The notes under the pieces were generated by a model. That model was not told where the DNA came from and ran no database searches. It saw nothing but the letters and a program-made list of their open reading frames with translations. Below are positions 10,371 through 22,516 of a stretch of 64,000 nucleotides of DNA, in pieces. The DNA is from an uncultured Gemmatimonadaceae bacterium (GTDB taxonomy: Bacteria; Gemmatimonadota; Gemmatimonadetes; Gemmatimonadales; Gemmatimonadaceae): contig CAVVTZ010000007.1 of assembly GCA_963751275.1 (NCBI GenBank), positions 288,001 to 352,000 of the forward strand, written 5' to 3'. Every line of letters begins with the position of its first letter. The first letter of the stretch is position 1. Position numbers and translations under genes: made by a program.

Positions 10371-11777
10371 TCAGAAGAAGGACCAGATCATGGCGATCGC
10401 CGCTGCGCCCATCACCAGCGCGCAGATGCCGCCCAGGAGGTTCAGCCACCGGCCGTTCACGTGCTCCATCATCACAGCCGGGTTGTTGCACACGCGCAGG
10501 ATGATCACGATCAGCGGCGGCGCGAGCACACCATTCAGCACGGCGCTCCAGAAGAGCATCTTGATCGCGTCGAGATTCGCGAACGCCATGGCCATCCCCG
10601 CGAGCATCGCGACGCCGAGCACGGTGTAGAAGCGTTTCGCGTGGTTCACCTTCGCGTCCATCCCCATGCGCCAGCCGCCGGCCTCGGCCACCGCATACGC
10701 GACCGACCCCGCGAGCACCGGCACGCCCAGCAACCCGGTGCCGATCAGCCCGAACGCGAAGAGGAACGACGCGAAGCGCCCCGCGAGCGGCCGCAGCGCC
10801 TCGGCGGCCTGCGTGGCCGTGTCGATCTCCGTGTGTCCGTGCGCGTGCAGCGTCGCGCCGGTGGTGAGGATGATGAAGTACATGATGAAATTCGAGAAGA
10901 ACATGCCGGTGATGACGTCGGTGCGCGCGGCGCGCAGTTCTTCCGGCGTCGCTCCCATGCGCGCCATGGTGGTCTCCTTGCCGGCGGCCTTGTCGACTTC
11001 CACCGCTTGGGCCGCCTGCCAGAAGAAGAGATACGGCGAGATCGTCGTGCCGAAGATGGCGACGAGCGTCATGAGGAACGATCGGGTGAACTCGATCCGC
11101 GGCACGAAGGTCGCGCGCAGGACCGCCGCCCAGTCGGGCCGCGCGAGGAAGGCCGCGATCACGTAGGCGAACAGCACGAGCGTGAGCCACTTGAAGATCC
11201 GGACGATCGTGCGGTACGAACCGAAGATGAGCACCGTGAGGATGATCAGCGCATAGGCCGGCTCGTACCACAAACGATCGCTGCCGGTGAGCATGGCGGT
11301 GGCGTCGGCCATGCCGCCGAGGTCCGCGGCGATGTTCACCGTGTTCGCCACGAGCAGGAGCGAGAGCGCGAAGAGGAGCAGCGGCCGCGAGTAGAACTTG
11401 CGCAGCACGTTCGCCAGACCGCGGCCCGACACCATGCCGATGCGCGCGCACATGAGCTGCACGGCGACCATGAGCGGGAAGGAGAAGAGCGCGGTCCAGA
11501 GCGTGGCGAAGCCGAAGGCGGCGCCGGCGGTGGAATAGGTCGAGATGCCGGATGGATCGTCGTCGGCGGCGCCGGCGATGAGGCCTGGCCCAAGTCCGTC
11601 CAGGAAGCGCCGGGCCATGCCCACCGGTTCCACGATGCGGTCGCGGGCGAGCGCGACCACGCGCCATCCCTCGCGAGCGGGGCGGCGCACCTCGGACGTG
11701 ACGAACTCCCCGGAGGTGCCGTCGGGCTGATCCTCGGCCGGGACGCGGAAGCGTCCGCTGTCGCGTGTCGGCACCAA
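10371..11777 (-). CDS. NRAMP-family divalent metal transporter (start uncertain)
   Basis: 'LGPGLIAGAADDDPSGISTYS', 'GTTISPYLFFWQ' and many TM segments. Confidence 0.9.
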   Translation of the reverse strand: MVPTRDSGRFRVPAEDQPDGTSGEFVTSEVRRPAREGWRVVALARDRIVEPVGMARRFLDGLGPGLIAGAADDDPSGISTYSTAGAAFGFATLWTALFSFPLMVAVQLMCARIGMVSGRGLANVLRKFYSRPLLLFALSLLLVANTVNIAADLGGMADATAMLTGSDRLWYEPAYALIILTVLIFGSYRTIVRIFKWLTLVLFAYVIAAFLARPDWAAVLRATFVPRIEFTRSFLMTLVAIFGTTISPYLFFWQAAQAVEVDKAAGKETTMARMGATPEELRAARTDVITGMFFSNFIMYFIILTTGATLHAHGHTEIDTATQAAEALRPLAGRFASFLFAFGLIGTGLLGVPVLAGSVAYAVAEAGGWRMGMDAKVNHAKRFYTVLGVAMLAGMAMAFANLDAIKMLFWSAVLNGVLAPPLIVIILRVCNNPAVMMEHVNGRWLNLLGGICALVMGAAAIAMIWSFF

Positions 11778-11793
11778 CCGTCCTCACTTGGCG

Positions 11794-11823
11794 TTGACCC
11801 TGCGCGTGACCCGCGGCTAACTT
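11794..11823 (+). promoter_or_regulatory. Putative sigma70 promoter
   Basis: TTGACC-18 nt-TAACTT upstream of the ATG at 11846. Confidence 0.45.
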
Positions 11824-11845
11824 GGTCGAACATCCTCACATTGCA

Positions 11846-12167
11846 ATGGCCAATCTACCCACGCCGCGCCGCGCCCTCTTCGACTCCGCCAAGAAATTCC
11901 TCGCCACGCAGGCGGAGGAGAGTCTCTTGGGTACGCCGAACCCGGATCCGCCGCGCCTCACCCTCCAAGCCCTCGAGAAGATAGACATGTCACGGTCACG
12001 GGAACGGATCCTCGGCAATCTGGACGATATGTATCGCGAAGCGTTCGAGCGGCTGAAGGTGAGCGGTGATGCGGCACAGATGGCGCAGTTGGATTTCGCG
12101 TACCGGCGGGAGCAGCTGTATTTCGAGATCTTGCTCGAATGTACGCGACGCTATTGAACGGCGTTAG
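11846..12167 (+). CDS. Small hypothetical helical protein (possible +1 indel near 12138)
   Basis: As sequenced it ends at 12157. Removing one A gives ...LLDVRDAIERR* ending at 12167. The alternative start is the MSRSRERILGNL methionine. Confidence 0.55.
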
Positions 12168-12171
12168 GGCG

Positions 12172-12222
12172 GTAGGCAGTCAACAGTGATCGAGTCGACA
12201 GTCGACAGTCTACAGTCGACAG
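12172..12222. repeat. CAGTCGA heptamer tandem repeat
   Basis: gtaggcagtcaacagt...gagtcgacagtcgacagtctacagtcgacagtc. Confidence 0.75.
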
Positions 12223-12282
12223 TCATCAGAAATCCGATCCTGCGGGCATTCCCGCTGCAATGACGGTGGCGTATGTTGGCGC

Positions 12283-14262
12283 ATGACAAAATCTGTTCTC
12301 CTCCTGGTCGCGGTCGCTCTCGTGACGGCGGCTAGCGCCGCGGTTCGGCCGCCCCAAACCGCCATCACGCTCGCCATCGTCAACGCGCGGGTGTGGACGG
12401 GGAATCCCAAGCAGCCTTGGGCCGACGCCATCGCGGTGAGCGGCGACCGGATCGCCGCGGTGGGGTCGAGCGCCAGCATCCAGAAGCTCATCGATTCCTC
12501 GACGCACGTGATCGAGGCCCGCGGCGGATTCGTGGTGCCCGGCTTCATCGATTCGCACGTCCACTTCATCGGCGCCGGCTTCGGGCTCACCTCCGTGCAG
12601 CTGCGCACCGCGGCCACGCCCAAGGAATTCGCCGCGCGCATCAAGGCCTATGCCGCCACGATGCCGAAGGGCGCGTGGATCACGGGCGGCGACTGGGACC
12701 ATTCGCTCTGGGGCGGGGAACTCCCCAACAAGGCGTGGATCGACTCGGTGACGCCCGACAACCCGGTGTGGGTCACGCGCCTCGACGGCCACATGTCGCT
12801 CGCGAACTCGCTTGCGCTCGCCGCCGCCAAGGTCACGAAGGACACGAAGGATCCCGCGGGCGGCCGCATCGTGCGCGGAACGAACGGCGATCCCACCGGC
12901 ATCCTCAAGGACAACGCGCAGGGGCTCGTGGACGATGTGATCCCCGATCCGCCGCCGGAGCTCGCCGACAAGGCGCTGCGCAACGGCATGCAGTTCGTCG
13001 CGTCGCACGGCGTGACGTCCGTCGTGAACATGGGCTACTCGTGGTGGGATATGGGCGTGTTCGAGCGCAACCGGAAAGCGGGCAAGCTCATCACGCGCTT
13101 CTACGCGGTGGCGCCGCTTCGGAGCTGGGAGATGCTGCGCGACACGGTCTACCGGCGCGGCCACGGCGATGAGTGGGTGCAGATCGGCGGGCTCAAGGCC
13201 TTCGTGGATGGTTCGATCGGATCGCACACGGCGCTCATGCTGCGCCCGTACAACGATGCGCCCACCGACAGCGGCCTCTGGGTGACGTCGCCCGACGATC
13301 TCTACGCGTGGACCTCGGCGGCCGACAAGGCGGGGCTGCAAGTGATGGTGCACGCGATCGGCGACCGCGCGATCCGCACGCAGCTCGACATCTTCGCGCG
13401 CGTGGAGAAGGAGAACGGCGCGCGCGACCGGCGCTTCCGCATCGAACACGCGCAGCATCTCTCGCCGCCCGACATCCCGCGCTTCGCCGAACTGGGCGTG
13501 ATCGCGAGCATGCAGCCGTACCACGCGATCGATGATGGGCGCTGGGTGGATACCGTCATCGGGAAGGACCGCAGTCGCTATACGTATGCGTTCCGCTCAC
13601 TGCTCGACGCGAAGGCGACTCTCGCGTTCGGCAGCGACTGGAGCGTGGCGCCCGCCATCCCGCTCTACGGCATCTACGCCGCCGTGACGCGCCGCACGCT
13701 CGATGACAAGAATCCGGGCGGCTGGGTGCCCGAAGAGAAGATCACCGTGGAGGAGGCGCTGCGTGCCTACACGATCAACGGCGCGTACGCCGAATTCCAG
13801 GAGAAGGAGAAGGGTTCGCTCGAGGTGGGGAAGCTCGCGGACATCGCGATCATCGATCGCGACATTACGACGATCCCGCCGGAGACGATCCGTGATGCGA
13901 AGGTCACCACGACCATCGTGGGCGGCACCGTGGTCTACGACCGGCTGCGCGACGCCCAGTGCGGCGGGAAGGCATTGCCGGTGTGGGCGGTGCAGAAGCC
14001 GGCGGTGGGCTCCGGGCCGGCGCCGAAACATCCGCGATCGCTCAAGCAGCAAGGCGGCAGCGTGACCGTCCAATTCATCGTCGGCGCCAGTGGCCAGGTG
14101 GACCCGGTCACGGTGAAGGTGACTGCCGCGACGAATTCCGGTTTCGTGGATGCCGTGCAGGATGTGCTGCCCAAGTGGAGATTCACTCCCGCCGAGTTGA
14201 ATGGCGAGAAGGTGGCGCAGTGCGTGGAGCAGACGTTCCCATTCGAGATGCAGCCGAACTGA
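12283..14262 (+). CDS. YtcJ-like amidohydrolase-3 with C-terminal TonB-C-like domain
   Basis: 'PGFIDSHVH', 'HAIGD', 'RIEHAQ', 'FGSDW'. The tail 'GSVTVQFIVGASGQVD...LPKWRFTPAELNGEKV' resembles TonB-C. Confidence 0.88.
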   Translation: MTKSVLLLVAVALVTAASAAVRPPQTAITLAIVNARVWTGNPKQPWADAIAVSGDRIAAVGSSASIQKLIDSSTHVIEARGGFVVPGFIDSHVHFIGAGFGLTSVQLRTAATPKEFAARIKAYAATMPKGAWITGGDWDHSLWGGELPNKAWIDSVTPDNPVWVTRLDGHMSLANSLALAAAKVTKDTKDPAGGRIVRGTNGDPTGILKDNAQGLVDDVIPDPPPELADKALRNGMQFVASHGVTSVVNMGYSWWDMGVFERNRKAGKLITRFYAVAPLRSWEMLRDTVYRRGHGDEWVQIGGLKAFVDGSIGSHTALMLRPYNDAPTDSGLWVTSPDDLYAWTSAADKAGLQVMVHAIGDRAIRTQLDIFARVEKENGARDRRFRIEHAQHLSPPDIPRFAELGVIASMQPYHAIDDGRWVDTVIGKDRSRYTYAFRSLLDAKATLAFGSDWSVAPAIPLYGIYAAVTRRTLDDKNPGGWVPEEKITVEEALRAYTINGAYAEFQEKEKGSLEVGKLADIAIIDRDITTIPPETIRDAKVTTTIVGGTVVYDRLRDAQCGGKALPVWAVQKPAVGSGPAPKHPRSLKQQGGSVTVQFIVGASGQVDPVTVKVTAATNSGFVDAVQDVLPKWRFTPAELNGEKVAQCVEQTFPFEMQPN

Positions 14263-14265
14263 CGA

Positions 14266-14422
14266 GCGCGTGTAGGGAGTAGTGCCGCTGTAACAGCGCG
14301 TCTAGCAACTGAGCGTGTAGTACAACAGGGCGGGAGTAGCTGCCGCAGCTACTCCCGCCCTGTTGTACTGCACGCTCAGTTGCTAGACGCGCTTCTCGAG
14401 CGGTACTAGTCCCTACAGACGC
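14266..14422. repeat. Family B palindrome, copy 2
   Basis: GTAGGG...CTAGCAACTGAGC pairs with GCTCAGTTGCTAG...CCCTAC. Confidence 0.92.
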
Positions 14423-14425
14423 ACG

Positions 14426-16555
14426 TCAGTACTTGGTGATCTCGTCGTACGCCTTCACGAAATCATTGACTTGGGGCAGGATCGCGTCTTCGAGCTGTGG
14501 CGCGTAGCCGACAAAGGTATCGGTACTCGCCACGCGCTTCACCGGCGCGTCCAGCCACGCGAAACATTCGTCCGCGATCCGCGCCGCGATCTCCGCTCCA
14601 TATCCCCACGAGATCGAATCCTCGTACGCCACGATGACGCGGTTCGTCTTCTTCACCGACGCATAAACCGCCTCACTGTCCCACGGACTCAGCGTCCGCA
14701 GATCGATCACCTCGACACTGATCCCGCGCTCGGCCACCTGGTTCGCCGCCGTGAACGCGCGCTGCACGGTCGCGCCGTACGTCACCACGGTCACATCCGT
14801 CCCCTCGCGCACCGTGCGTGCTTTGCCGAAGGGGATCATGAAGTTCGGGCCGGGATACTGCGCCTTGTTGTACGTCTGGCGGTAGAGATGCTTGTGCTCG
14901 AGGAAGATGACCGGATCGTCGCCGCGGATCGCGGTGCGCAGCAGGCCGTTCGCATCCAGCGCATTGGACGGGCACACCACCCGCAGCCCCGGGCAATGCG
15001 TGAACAGGCTCGCCCCCGTCTGCGAATGATAGATCGCGCCGCGGATGTAGCCTCCGTACGTCGTGCGCACCACCACCGGCGCGCTGAACGCGTTGTTCGA
15101 GCGCCAGCGCATGGTCGCGAGCTCGTCGCGCAGCTGCATGTACGCCGGCCAGATGTAGTCGAAGAACTGGATCTCGACCACGGGCTTGAAGCCGCGCAGC
15201 GCGAGCCCGATGGCGCGCCCCACGATGTTCGCCTCCGCGAGCGGCGAATTGTACACGCGCTGGGAACCGAATTCCTTCTGCAGCCCCCACGTCACTTTGA
15301 ACACGCCGCCCTTTCCCTTCACCTTGCCCAGGTGCTGCTCGCGCGACACGTCGGCCACGTCCTCGCCGAAGATCAGCATCTTCTCGTCGCGGCGCATCTC
15401 ATCCTTCATGCACGCATTGAGCAGGTCCACCATCGTGGTCGGCTCGCCCGCGAACTGCGGATCGGCCTCGGTGTCGAACTGCTCGCCCGTGACATCCACA
15501 CTGGGCGAATAGACGAAGTCCATGACGGTGTCCGCGCCCGGCTGCGCCTGCGCCAGCGCGTCGTCGGTGGCCGCGAGAATGGCCGCGTCCACCTCGTCGC
15601 GGATCGCCGCCAGCTCCGCTTCCTTCGCGTGCCCCTTGGCGATCAGCCACTTCGGGAAATTCGTCACCGGGTCGCGCGCCGCGTCCGCTTCGCGCTCCTC
15701 CGCCGGACGGTACATCACCTCGTCGTCGCTCAGCGAATGCGAGTACGGGCGGATCACCTGCGCGTGCACGAGCGCCGGCCCCTTCCGCGCCCGCGCGTAC
15801 GCCACGGCCTTCGCCATCGCGTCGAAGCTCGCCGCGAAATCGCAGCCGTCCACGGTCTGGATGAACAGTCCGGGGAATCCCGTCAGCAGCTTCGAGATGC
15901 TGCCGCCCGCGGTGTTCACCTCCACCGGCACGGAGATCGCGTAGCCGTTGTCTTCCACCAGGTACACCACCGGCGCCTTGAGATTGCACGCCGAGTTGAG
16001 CGACTCCCAGAACTCGCCCTCGCTCGTGGTGCCGTCGCCGGCGGAGACGAACACGACCTCATCCCCATGGAAGCCATCGGCGGCGCCGAGTTTGCCGGCA
16101 CGGAGCGAGGCCTCGGCGCTGCCCACCGCCTGCAGGAACTGCGTGCCGGTGGGCGATGAGGTGGAAACGATGTTGTACGACTTGTGTCCCCAGTGACTCG
16201 GCATCTGCCGGCCGCCGGACGACGGGTCGTTCGCCGCGCCCACCGCTTCGTAGAGCATCTCGGCCGGCGTCACGCCCAGCTGCAGGCAGAGCGCCCGGTC
16301 GCGGTAGTAAGGATAGAACCAATCGTAGCCGGAGCGCAGCGCCATCGCGGCGGCGGTGAGCACCGCCTCGTGGCCAGCGCCCGAGATCTGGAAGAAGATC
16401 CGGTTCTGCCGTTTGAGCTGGATCTCCTTGTCGTCCAGCCGCCGCGACAGGTAGATCGTGCGGTAGGCCGCGAGGAGCTGCTCGCGAGAGAGCGAAGCGG
16501 TGTCCTTGGGGTCTTCGCTGCGGGCAGCGCGTTCGCCGCGGGTCTGTGTGGCCAT
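14426..16555 (-). CDS. 2-oxoacid (2-oxoisovalerate-type) dehydrogenase E1, fused alpha+beta
   Basis: 'YPYYRDR', TPP motif 'GDGTTSEG...N', 'HSLSDD', 'NSPLAE', 'EIQFFDY', 'VIDLRTL'; SD GGAGA. Confidence 0.95.
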   Translation of the reverse strand: MATQTRGERAARSEDPKDTASLSREQLLAAYRTIYLSRRLDDKEIQLKRQNRIFFQISGAGHEAVLTAAAMALRSGYDWFYPYYRDRALCLQLGVTPAEMLYEAVGAANDPSSGGRQMPSHWGHKSYNIVSTSSPTGTQFLQAVGSAEASLRAGKLGAADGFHGDEVVFVSAGDGTTSEGEFWESLNSACNLKAPVVYLVEDNGYAISVPVEVNTAGGSISKLLTGFPGLFIQTVDGCDFAASFDAMAKAVAYARARKGPALVHAQVIRPYSHSLSDDEVMYRPAEEREADAARDPVTNFPKWLIAKGHAKEAELAAIRDEVDAAILAATDDALAQAQPGADTVMDFVYSPSVDVTGEQFDTEADPQFAGEPTTMVDLLNACMKDEMRRDEKMLIFGEDVADVSREQHLGKVKGKGGVFKVTWGLQKEFGSQRVYNSPLAEANIVGRAIGLALRGFKPVVEIQFFDYIWPAYMQLRDELATMRWRSNNAFSAPVVVRTTYGGYIRGAIYHSQTGASLFTHCPGLRVVCPSNALDANGLLRTAIRGDDPVIFLEHKHLYRQTYNKAQYPGPNFMIPFGKARTVREGTDVTVVTYGATVQRAFTAANQVAERGISVEVIDLRTLSPWDSEAVYASVKKTNRVIVAYEDSISWGYGAEIAARIADECFAWLDAPVKRVASTDTFVGYAPQLEDAILPQVNDFVKAYDEITKY

Positions 16556-16624
16556 GCGTCTCCGGGGAGCGTAAGGGCTTTGCGGCATGAAAGATAAGCC
16601 CCGGCGAGGGGTCGAGCCACCGGC

Positions 16625-16666
16625 GGCACCTTTCAATCCCTGGGTGGCACCTTTCAATCCTTGACG
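16625..16666. promoter_or_regulatory. GGCACCTTTCAATCC direct repeat (21-bp period) abutting a TTGACG -35-like box
   Basis: Two exact 15-mers in the divergent intergenic region. Confidence 0.5.
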
Positions 16667-16756
16667 AGCGAACCCGGGGGTGGGAGATTCGCGGGTCGCC
16701 CTCATGTAAGGGATCTGTAATCCATGCCCCACGCCCGCGCGCGCGGACGGTGGAGA

Positions 16757-19700
16757 ATGCGCACCCTCATCGGTGCGCTTCTGCCACTGGTGATCATCGC
16801 CTGTCTGAACGACCGTCCCTCGGGGCAGGGCGGCAGCGCGCGCGCGAGCTTCAGCCTCAAGAAGGTGGCGCGCTTCGGCGGCGCGTGCGGGCCCGCGCCG
16901 GTGCTCGGCCTCGCGAAGGCGCGCGTGCTGCTGCGCATCTCGGGGCACAGCGATTCGATCGTCGGCATCGCGAACTTCGTGGGCGACAGCGCGACGCTCA
17001 GCGTGGATGTGCCGCTGGCGGGATCCAGCGCGCTCGTGAACATCGACGCGCAGGCGATCGATTCCACCGGCGACACCGTCTTCCGCGCGCGGGACACCGC
17101 CACCGCGAAGTCCGGCGACAAGACCCGGGTCGGTTATCTGAACCTCTGGTACGCCGCGCCCGATTCCGCGCTGCAGACACTCACGCTGCATCCCCGCGAC
17201 ACGCTCGCGCGGGTGAATGCGGTGTTCCCCATGCGCGCGACGGGCACCGTCGCGGGCGGCGGCGCGTTCACCGGCAGGATCCGGCTCGCGTGGGTCTCGC
17301 GGGACCCGACGATCGGCACCGTGACCCCCGCCGGCTCGGTCACACTCAACACGAAGCTCGGTACGACGTACATCGTCGCGAGCACGTGGCTCGGGATCTG
17401 CGATTCCACGACGATCTCGATCGTGCCGCCCGTCGCTTCGGTGACCCTCACGCCGGACACCACCGACATCCCGCGCGACGGCACGGTGCAGATGGTCGCG
17501 GTGCTGAAGGACTCCGCGGGCAATGTGCTCAGCGGCCGCGCCATCGCGTGGTCCACCACCAACGCCAACATCTCGGTGGACACCACGGGTCTCGTGAAGG
17601 GGCTCGTCGCGCGGCAGTCGGGGCGCGTGATCGCGACGTCCGAGGGGAAGGCGGACACGAGCGGCATCGGCGTGCTGCCCAAGCCGGTGAAGGCGGTGGC
17701 GATCACGCCGAAGCCCGGCTCGGTGAACCAGGGTGCCACGCTGCAGCTCACGGCCGCCGTCACCGACTCGCAGAACCAGCCGAACCCCGACTTCGCCGTC
17801 GTTTGGGCCACGCTCGACGCATCGAAAGCCACGGTGAGCGCGACCGGTCTCGTGACCGGCGTGGCGGGCGGTAGCGCGGGGATCACCGCCACCGCGGGCG
17901 GCGTGGCCGACACGTCGATGATCACCGTCGTGCCCGTCGGGATCACCTCCACCGTCGTCACCCCGACGCCGGACACGATGGTCTCGATCAACGACTCGCT
18001 GCAGCTCACCGCCAAGAGCTACACCGGCGCCACGCTCACGGCCGGCTCGTACACGTGGACGTCGCGCGATCCGACGGTAGTCACGGTGAACGCCACCGGG
18101 CTCGTCGTCGCCGTGAAGAACGGTTCCACCTACGTCGTGGCCGTCGAGGCCGGCGGTACGAAGGACTCGGCGCACGTCTTCGTGATCCAGAAGGTCTCGT
18201 CCATCACCGTGACGCCGACGCCGGTGCAGCGCTACCTCGGCACCAAGCAGCAGTTCACGGCGAGCGCGGCGGATGCGCGCGGCAATCCGGTGGCAGGGAC
18301 GACGTTCACATGGAGCAGCAGCGATCCGAGCATCGCGGTGCCCGATGCGACCGGGCTCGTGCCCACGATGCTCGCGATCGGCATCGACACCGTGAAGGCG
18401 ACCGCCGGCACGATCGTGGGCAAGGCGGCGCTCACGGTGATCAGCGCGATCACGCGCATCGCGGTCACGCCCACCCCGGTCACGCTCGATGCGCTGGGCA
18501 AGACGCAGGCGTACACCGCGGTCGCGCACGATACGCTCGACGCGGTGATGGGCGGCATCAACTTCACGTGGGCGAGCTCGAACCCCGGCGTCGCGACGGT
18601 GCCGGGGAGCATCGGCACCACGCAGACCGCAACGGCGGCGGGGAATGGCAATACCGCCATCGTCGCATTGGCGCAGGGCGTGAACGGCTCGGCCCAACTC
18701 ACCGTGGCGCAGGTGCTCGTGTCCATCGCGGCGGGACCGAACCCGACCACGGTGGGCGTGGGCGGTCAGGCGCAGCTCAATGCGCGCGGCAAGGATGCGA
18801 ACGGATTCTTCATTCCGGGCGGCAGCTTCACCTGGGCGTCCGATGCGCCGACCAATGTGAGCGTGGGCGTGGCCACGGGGATCGTGAAGGGTCTGATCCT
18901 GAACTCGAGCGCGCACATCACGGCGGCGTCGGGTGCGATCACGTCGAACCAGGTCCTCGTGAACGTGGACAACTCCGTGCCGCCGAGGGTGTCGTGGGGG
19001 CGTGACACGCTCGCGATCGGCCGCGGTTCACTGAACAACTCGCTGCCGCTCTATCTGAGCAAGCCGAGCGCCGGATCGGTGGACATCACCGTGAGCGTGA
19101 AGGACACCTTCGCGTATTTCTCGCCGACCAAGGTGACCTTCGCGGCGGGCGTGACCACGGCGAATGCGAACCTGAATGGCCGCAACGCGGGAGTCACCGA
19201 AGCGTATGCAATGGATTCGAGCAGCCAGTACGGCCCGGACACGGCGGTGCTGCTCGTGCAGGCGAACGCGAAGTTCACGGCGGCGAACTACAGCTTGAAC
19301 GCCACCGACTTCCAGGCGACGCAGGTGCTGCTCACCGACCCGGCGCCGGCGGGGGGCATTCTATCTCGCGATGCAGTATGGCACCGCGGGCGTCGCTTCG
19401 ATCTCGCCCGATCCCGCGTTCATTCCGGCGGGCCAGCTCGCGGCGAACATCAACCTCAATGCGCTCGCGGCGGGCACGACGACGATCACGCCCACGGCGC
19501 CGGGGGTGTCGGGCACGGCGTCGAACGTGAACGTCGGAGCGCCTACGATCGCCATCTCCTCGGGGTCGCCGTTCGTCATGGGAGCGGGACAGTTCGACAA
19601 TCGATACTACGTGTACGTACCGCGCACCCTGTTCCATTCGCTCACGATCGGACTGGTGAGCACCGACAGCACCGTCTCGACGCCGCCGCCGACGGCGGTG

Positions 19701-22490
19701 ATCCCGGCGAATTCGAACTACATGTACTTCACCGAGACGGCGCCGCGGGTCGGGCGGGTGACCGAGACCGCCAGCGCGCCGGGCTGGACGTCGGCGGTGC
19801 GCACGGTCATCGTCTCGACGCCCCGGCTCTTCGCGTGCTGCGCGAACACGATCAATACCACGAGCGCGAACCAGACCGCGAGCGTCACCATTGGCGACTC
19901 CGTGGGCGGCGGCCACTACCGGATCAACCCGCTCTTCGTCTCGGTGACGTCCTCCGACACGACGATCCTCCGCATCATCGACACGCTGCCGGTGATCGGC
20001 GCGGGGGCGACCAACACGACGGCGAAATACAAGCCCGGCGGGTTCGGCGGCGTCGCCTATGTGCGCTTCAATGCGGGCGGGCACACCGGCGACTCCATCA
20101 AGGTGACGGTCATCGCGCCCTCGCTCGCGATCCAGTTCTACCAGGGCCGCGTGATCGGCGCCGACCAGCAGACGGTCAACTTCGGCTACGTGCAGATCCC
20201 GAACGCGGTGGGCTCGGCGGTGAGCGTCAACATCGCGAGCGCCGACACGTCGATCGCGTTCGTCACGCCGCTCATCACGATCCCGGCGGGACAGACCTAC
20301 TCGTATTTCGATGTGCGCGGCCACACGCTGGGGCACGTGCAGTTCCTCACGTCCGCCGCGGGCTACGCGCCGGACAGCGATTCGATCGTGGTGAGTTCGC
20401 CGCGCCTCACGTATTGCTGCGGATTCAATCTCCCGAACTTCGCCGCGGACGCGGGCTTCACACAGTACACGACCGACTCGCTCGGCACCGCGCACAATGT
20501 GATCTCGCCGGTCAAGGTCTCGTACAGCAGCACCGCGCCGCTCGTGGCGGCGGCGGACTCGGCGAGCACCACGGTGCCGTCCGGGCAGTACTACACGAAC
20601 ACGGCGAAGTTGCACATCCTGGGCGTCGGCACGGGGAGCATCATCGCGACGGCGCCCGGATACCGCCCCGATACGATGCCGTTCACGATCTACACGCCCA
20701 CGCTCGGCATGTATCTCTACACCGGCACCGTGGGCCTGCACCAGCGCCTCGGTCTCTCGGCGTACGGCTACACGCCCAACGCGCGGCCGGACAGCGTGAT
20801 CGTGCACATCGCGAACACCAATCCATCGGCGCTCGGCGTCGTCGACTCGATCAAGATCCTGAAGCTCAGCAACCTCGCGTATTTCGATTATTCCGGCCTC
20901 GCGCTCGGCAAAGCGACGCTCACGCTGAGCGCCACCGGCTACAATCCGGTGAGCGGCAACGTGATCGTCACGTCGCCGATCCTGCGACAGGGGGGCATCG
21001 GCACCTCGTACAACACCACGTCGCCGCCGGTGACGACGTACGTGTATCCCGAGGATACCATCGGCTACAGCCATTACACGCTCGACACCGTCGCCGTGAA
21101 GGTGACGTCCTCCGACACGACCGTGCTGAAGGTGGACTCGGCGAAGATCCACATCTTCAAGGGGACCGCGCAGTCGACGTACAACACCGTGCGGTTCGTC
21201 GGGCCGGGCACGGCGTACGTCGTCTACAAGGACAGCGCCGGGCTCTATCACGCCGATTCCACCGCGCCGATCACGGTCATCGGTCCGTCGCTGCGCATCT
21301 CCGCCGGCACGACGCTCGGCAACCCGGTGACGCTCGGCATGCGCCAGCACGTCGGCACCAACGGCATGTACGTGTACGTCGACAACGCGGTGACGGGCTC
21401 GCCGCTCACGGTGAACCTGTTGAGCACCGACGTGACCGTCGCCACCGTGCCCGCGACGGTGACGATCCCCGTGGGCAGCACCGTCGGCTATTTCGACCTC
21501 ACCGCGCTGGACACGACGGGCACGATCCAGATCAAGCTCAGCGCCACGGGGTACGCGCCGGTGGTGAGCTACGTGCAGGTGGGCCAGCCGCAGTTCGCGA
21601 TCTCGAGCCCGACGAGCGGCGTGTACACCACGTCGCCGCCGACGAACATCACTGTGTACGCCGAAGACCAGGCGGGGAACCTGCGCTACACCACGGAGAA
21701 CGTGGTGGTGACGTTGACGTCGTCGAACACGACCGTCGCGGCACCGGACTCGGCGACCATCACGATCGTGAAGGACAACTACTATCACAACTCGTCGAAG
21801 ATGATCTACAAGAGCGCCGGGACGACGGTGCTCACGGCGAGCGATGCGCGCGTGAAGTACTACAAGTACCAGCCGGCGAGCACGGGCACGATCACCGTCG
21901 CGACCCCGACCGTCACGACGGGGCTCAGTGCGACGAACAACCTGGGACTCGACCAGACGATCGATACCTATGTGCAGATCCCGAATCCCCCGTTGAGCCC
22001 GCCCCTCACGGTGACGCTGTCGAATTCGACCGGCGCCGCGACGACGCCGGGGAGCGTCTCGATCCCCGCGGGGAACACGACCGCGAACTATCGCATGACC
22101 GGCGCGAGCCCCGGCACCGACGTGTTCAGCACGAGCGCCACCGGGTACAACGGCGCCTCGGCGACGATCGTGGTGGACAGCGGCACGATCCAGATCAGCG
22201 GATGGCCGGGCTCGGTGAAGGCGGGCGACTCGGTGGGCGTGCAGCTGCTCTCGCTGGATCCGGCGGGCACCGCGCGGAACCTCGGGATCGCGGTGACGTT
22301 CACGCTCGCGCCCAACGGGAACATCGTGTTCGATGTGGGCGGCGCGACGACGACCACGATCACCATCCCGGTCAACGTCTACTACTCGGGGACGTTCTAC
22401 GTGAAGGGCGTCGCGTCCGGCACGGGCCAGGTGACGGTGAAGGGCGGGCGGTTCAAGACGTACGTGAATACGCTGACGGTGAATCCGTAA
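16757..22490 (+). CDS. ~1900-aa surface (lipo)protein with multiple Big_2/Ig-like repeats; one frameshift ~19355
   Basis: Lipobox-like 'VIIAC' and repeated '[15 protein letters not shown]' modules, Thr/Val/Ser-rich. Continues in ORF 19371..22490 after a G6 run. Confidence 0.85.
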
Positions 22491-22516
22491 CTACGCGAGT
22501 CCCGAGTCCCGCGTAG

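Noticed and set aside
11780..11850. Mn-sensing yybP-ykoY riboswitch upstream of the NRAMP gene
   Set aside because: The gap is short and I could not see the motif.
16625..16660. TTTCAATCC resembles a CRISPR repeat end
   Set aside because: Only two 15-mers 6 bp apart, with no spacer-length gaps.
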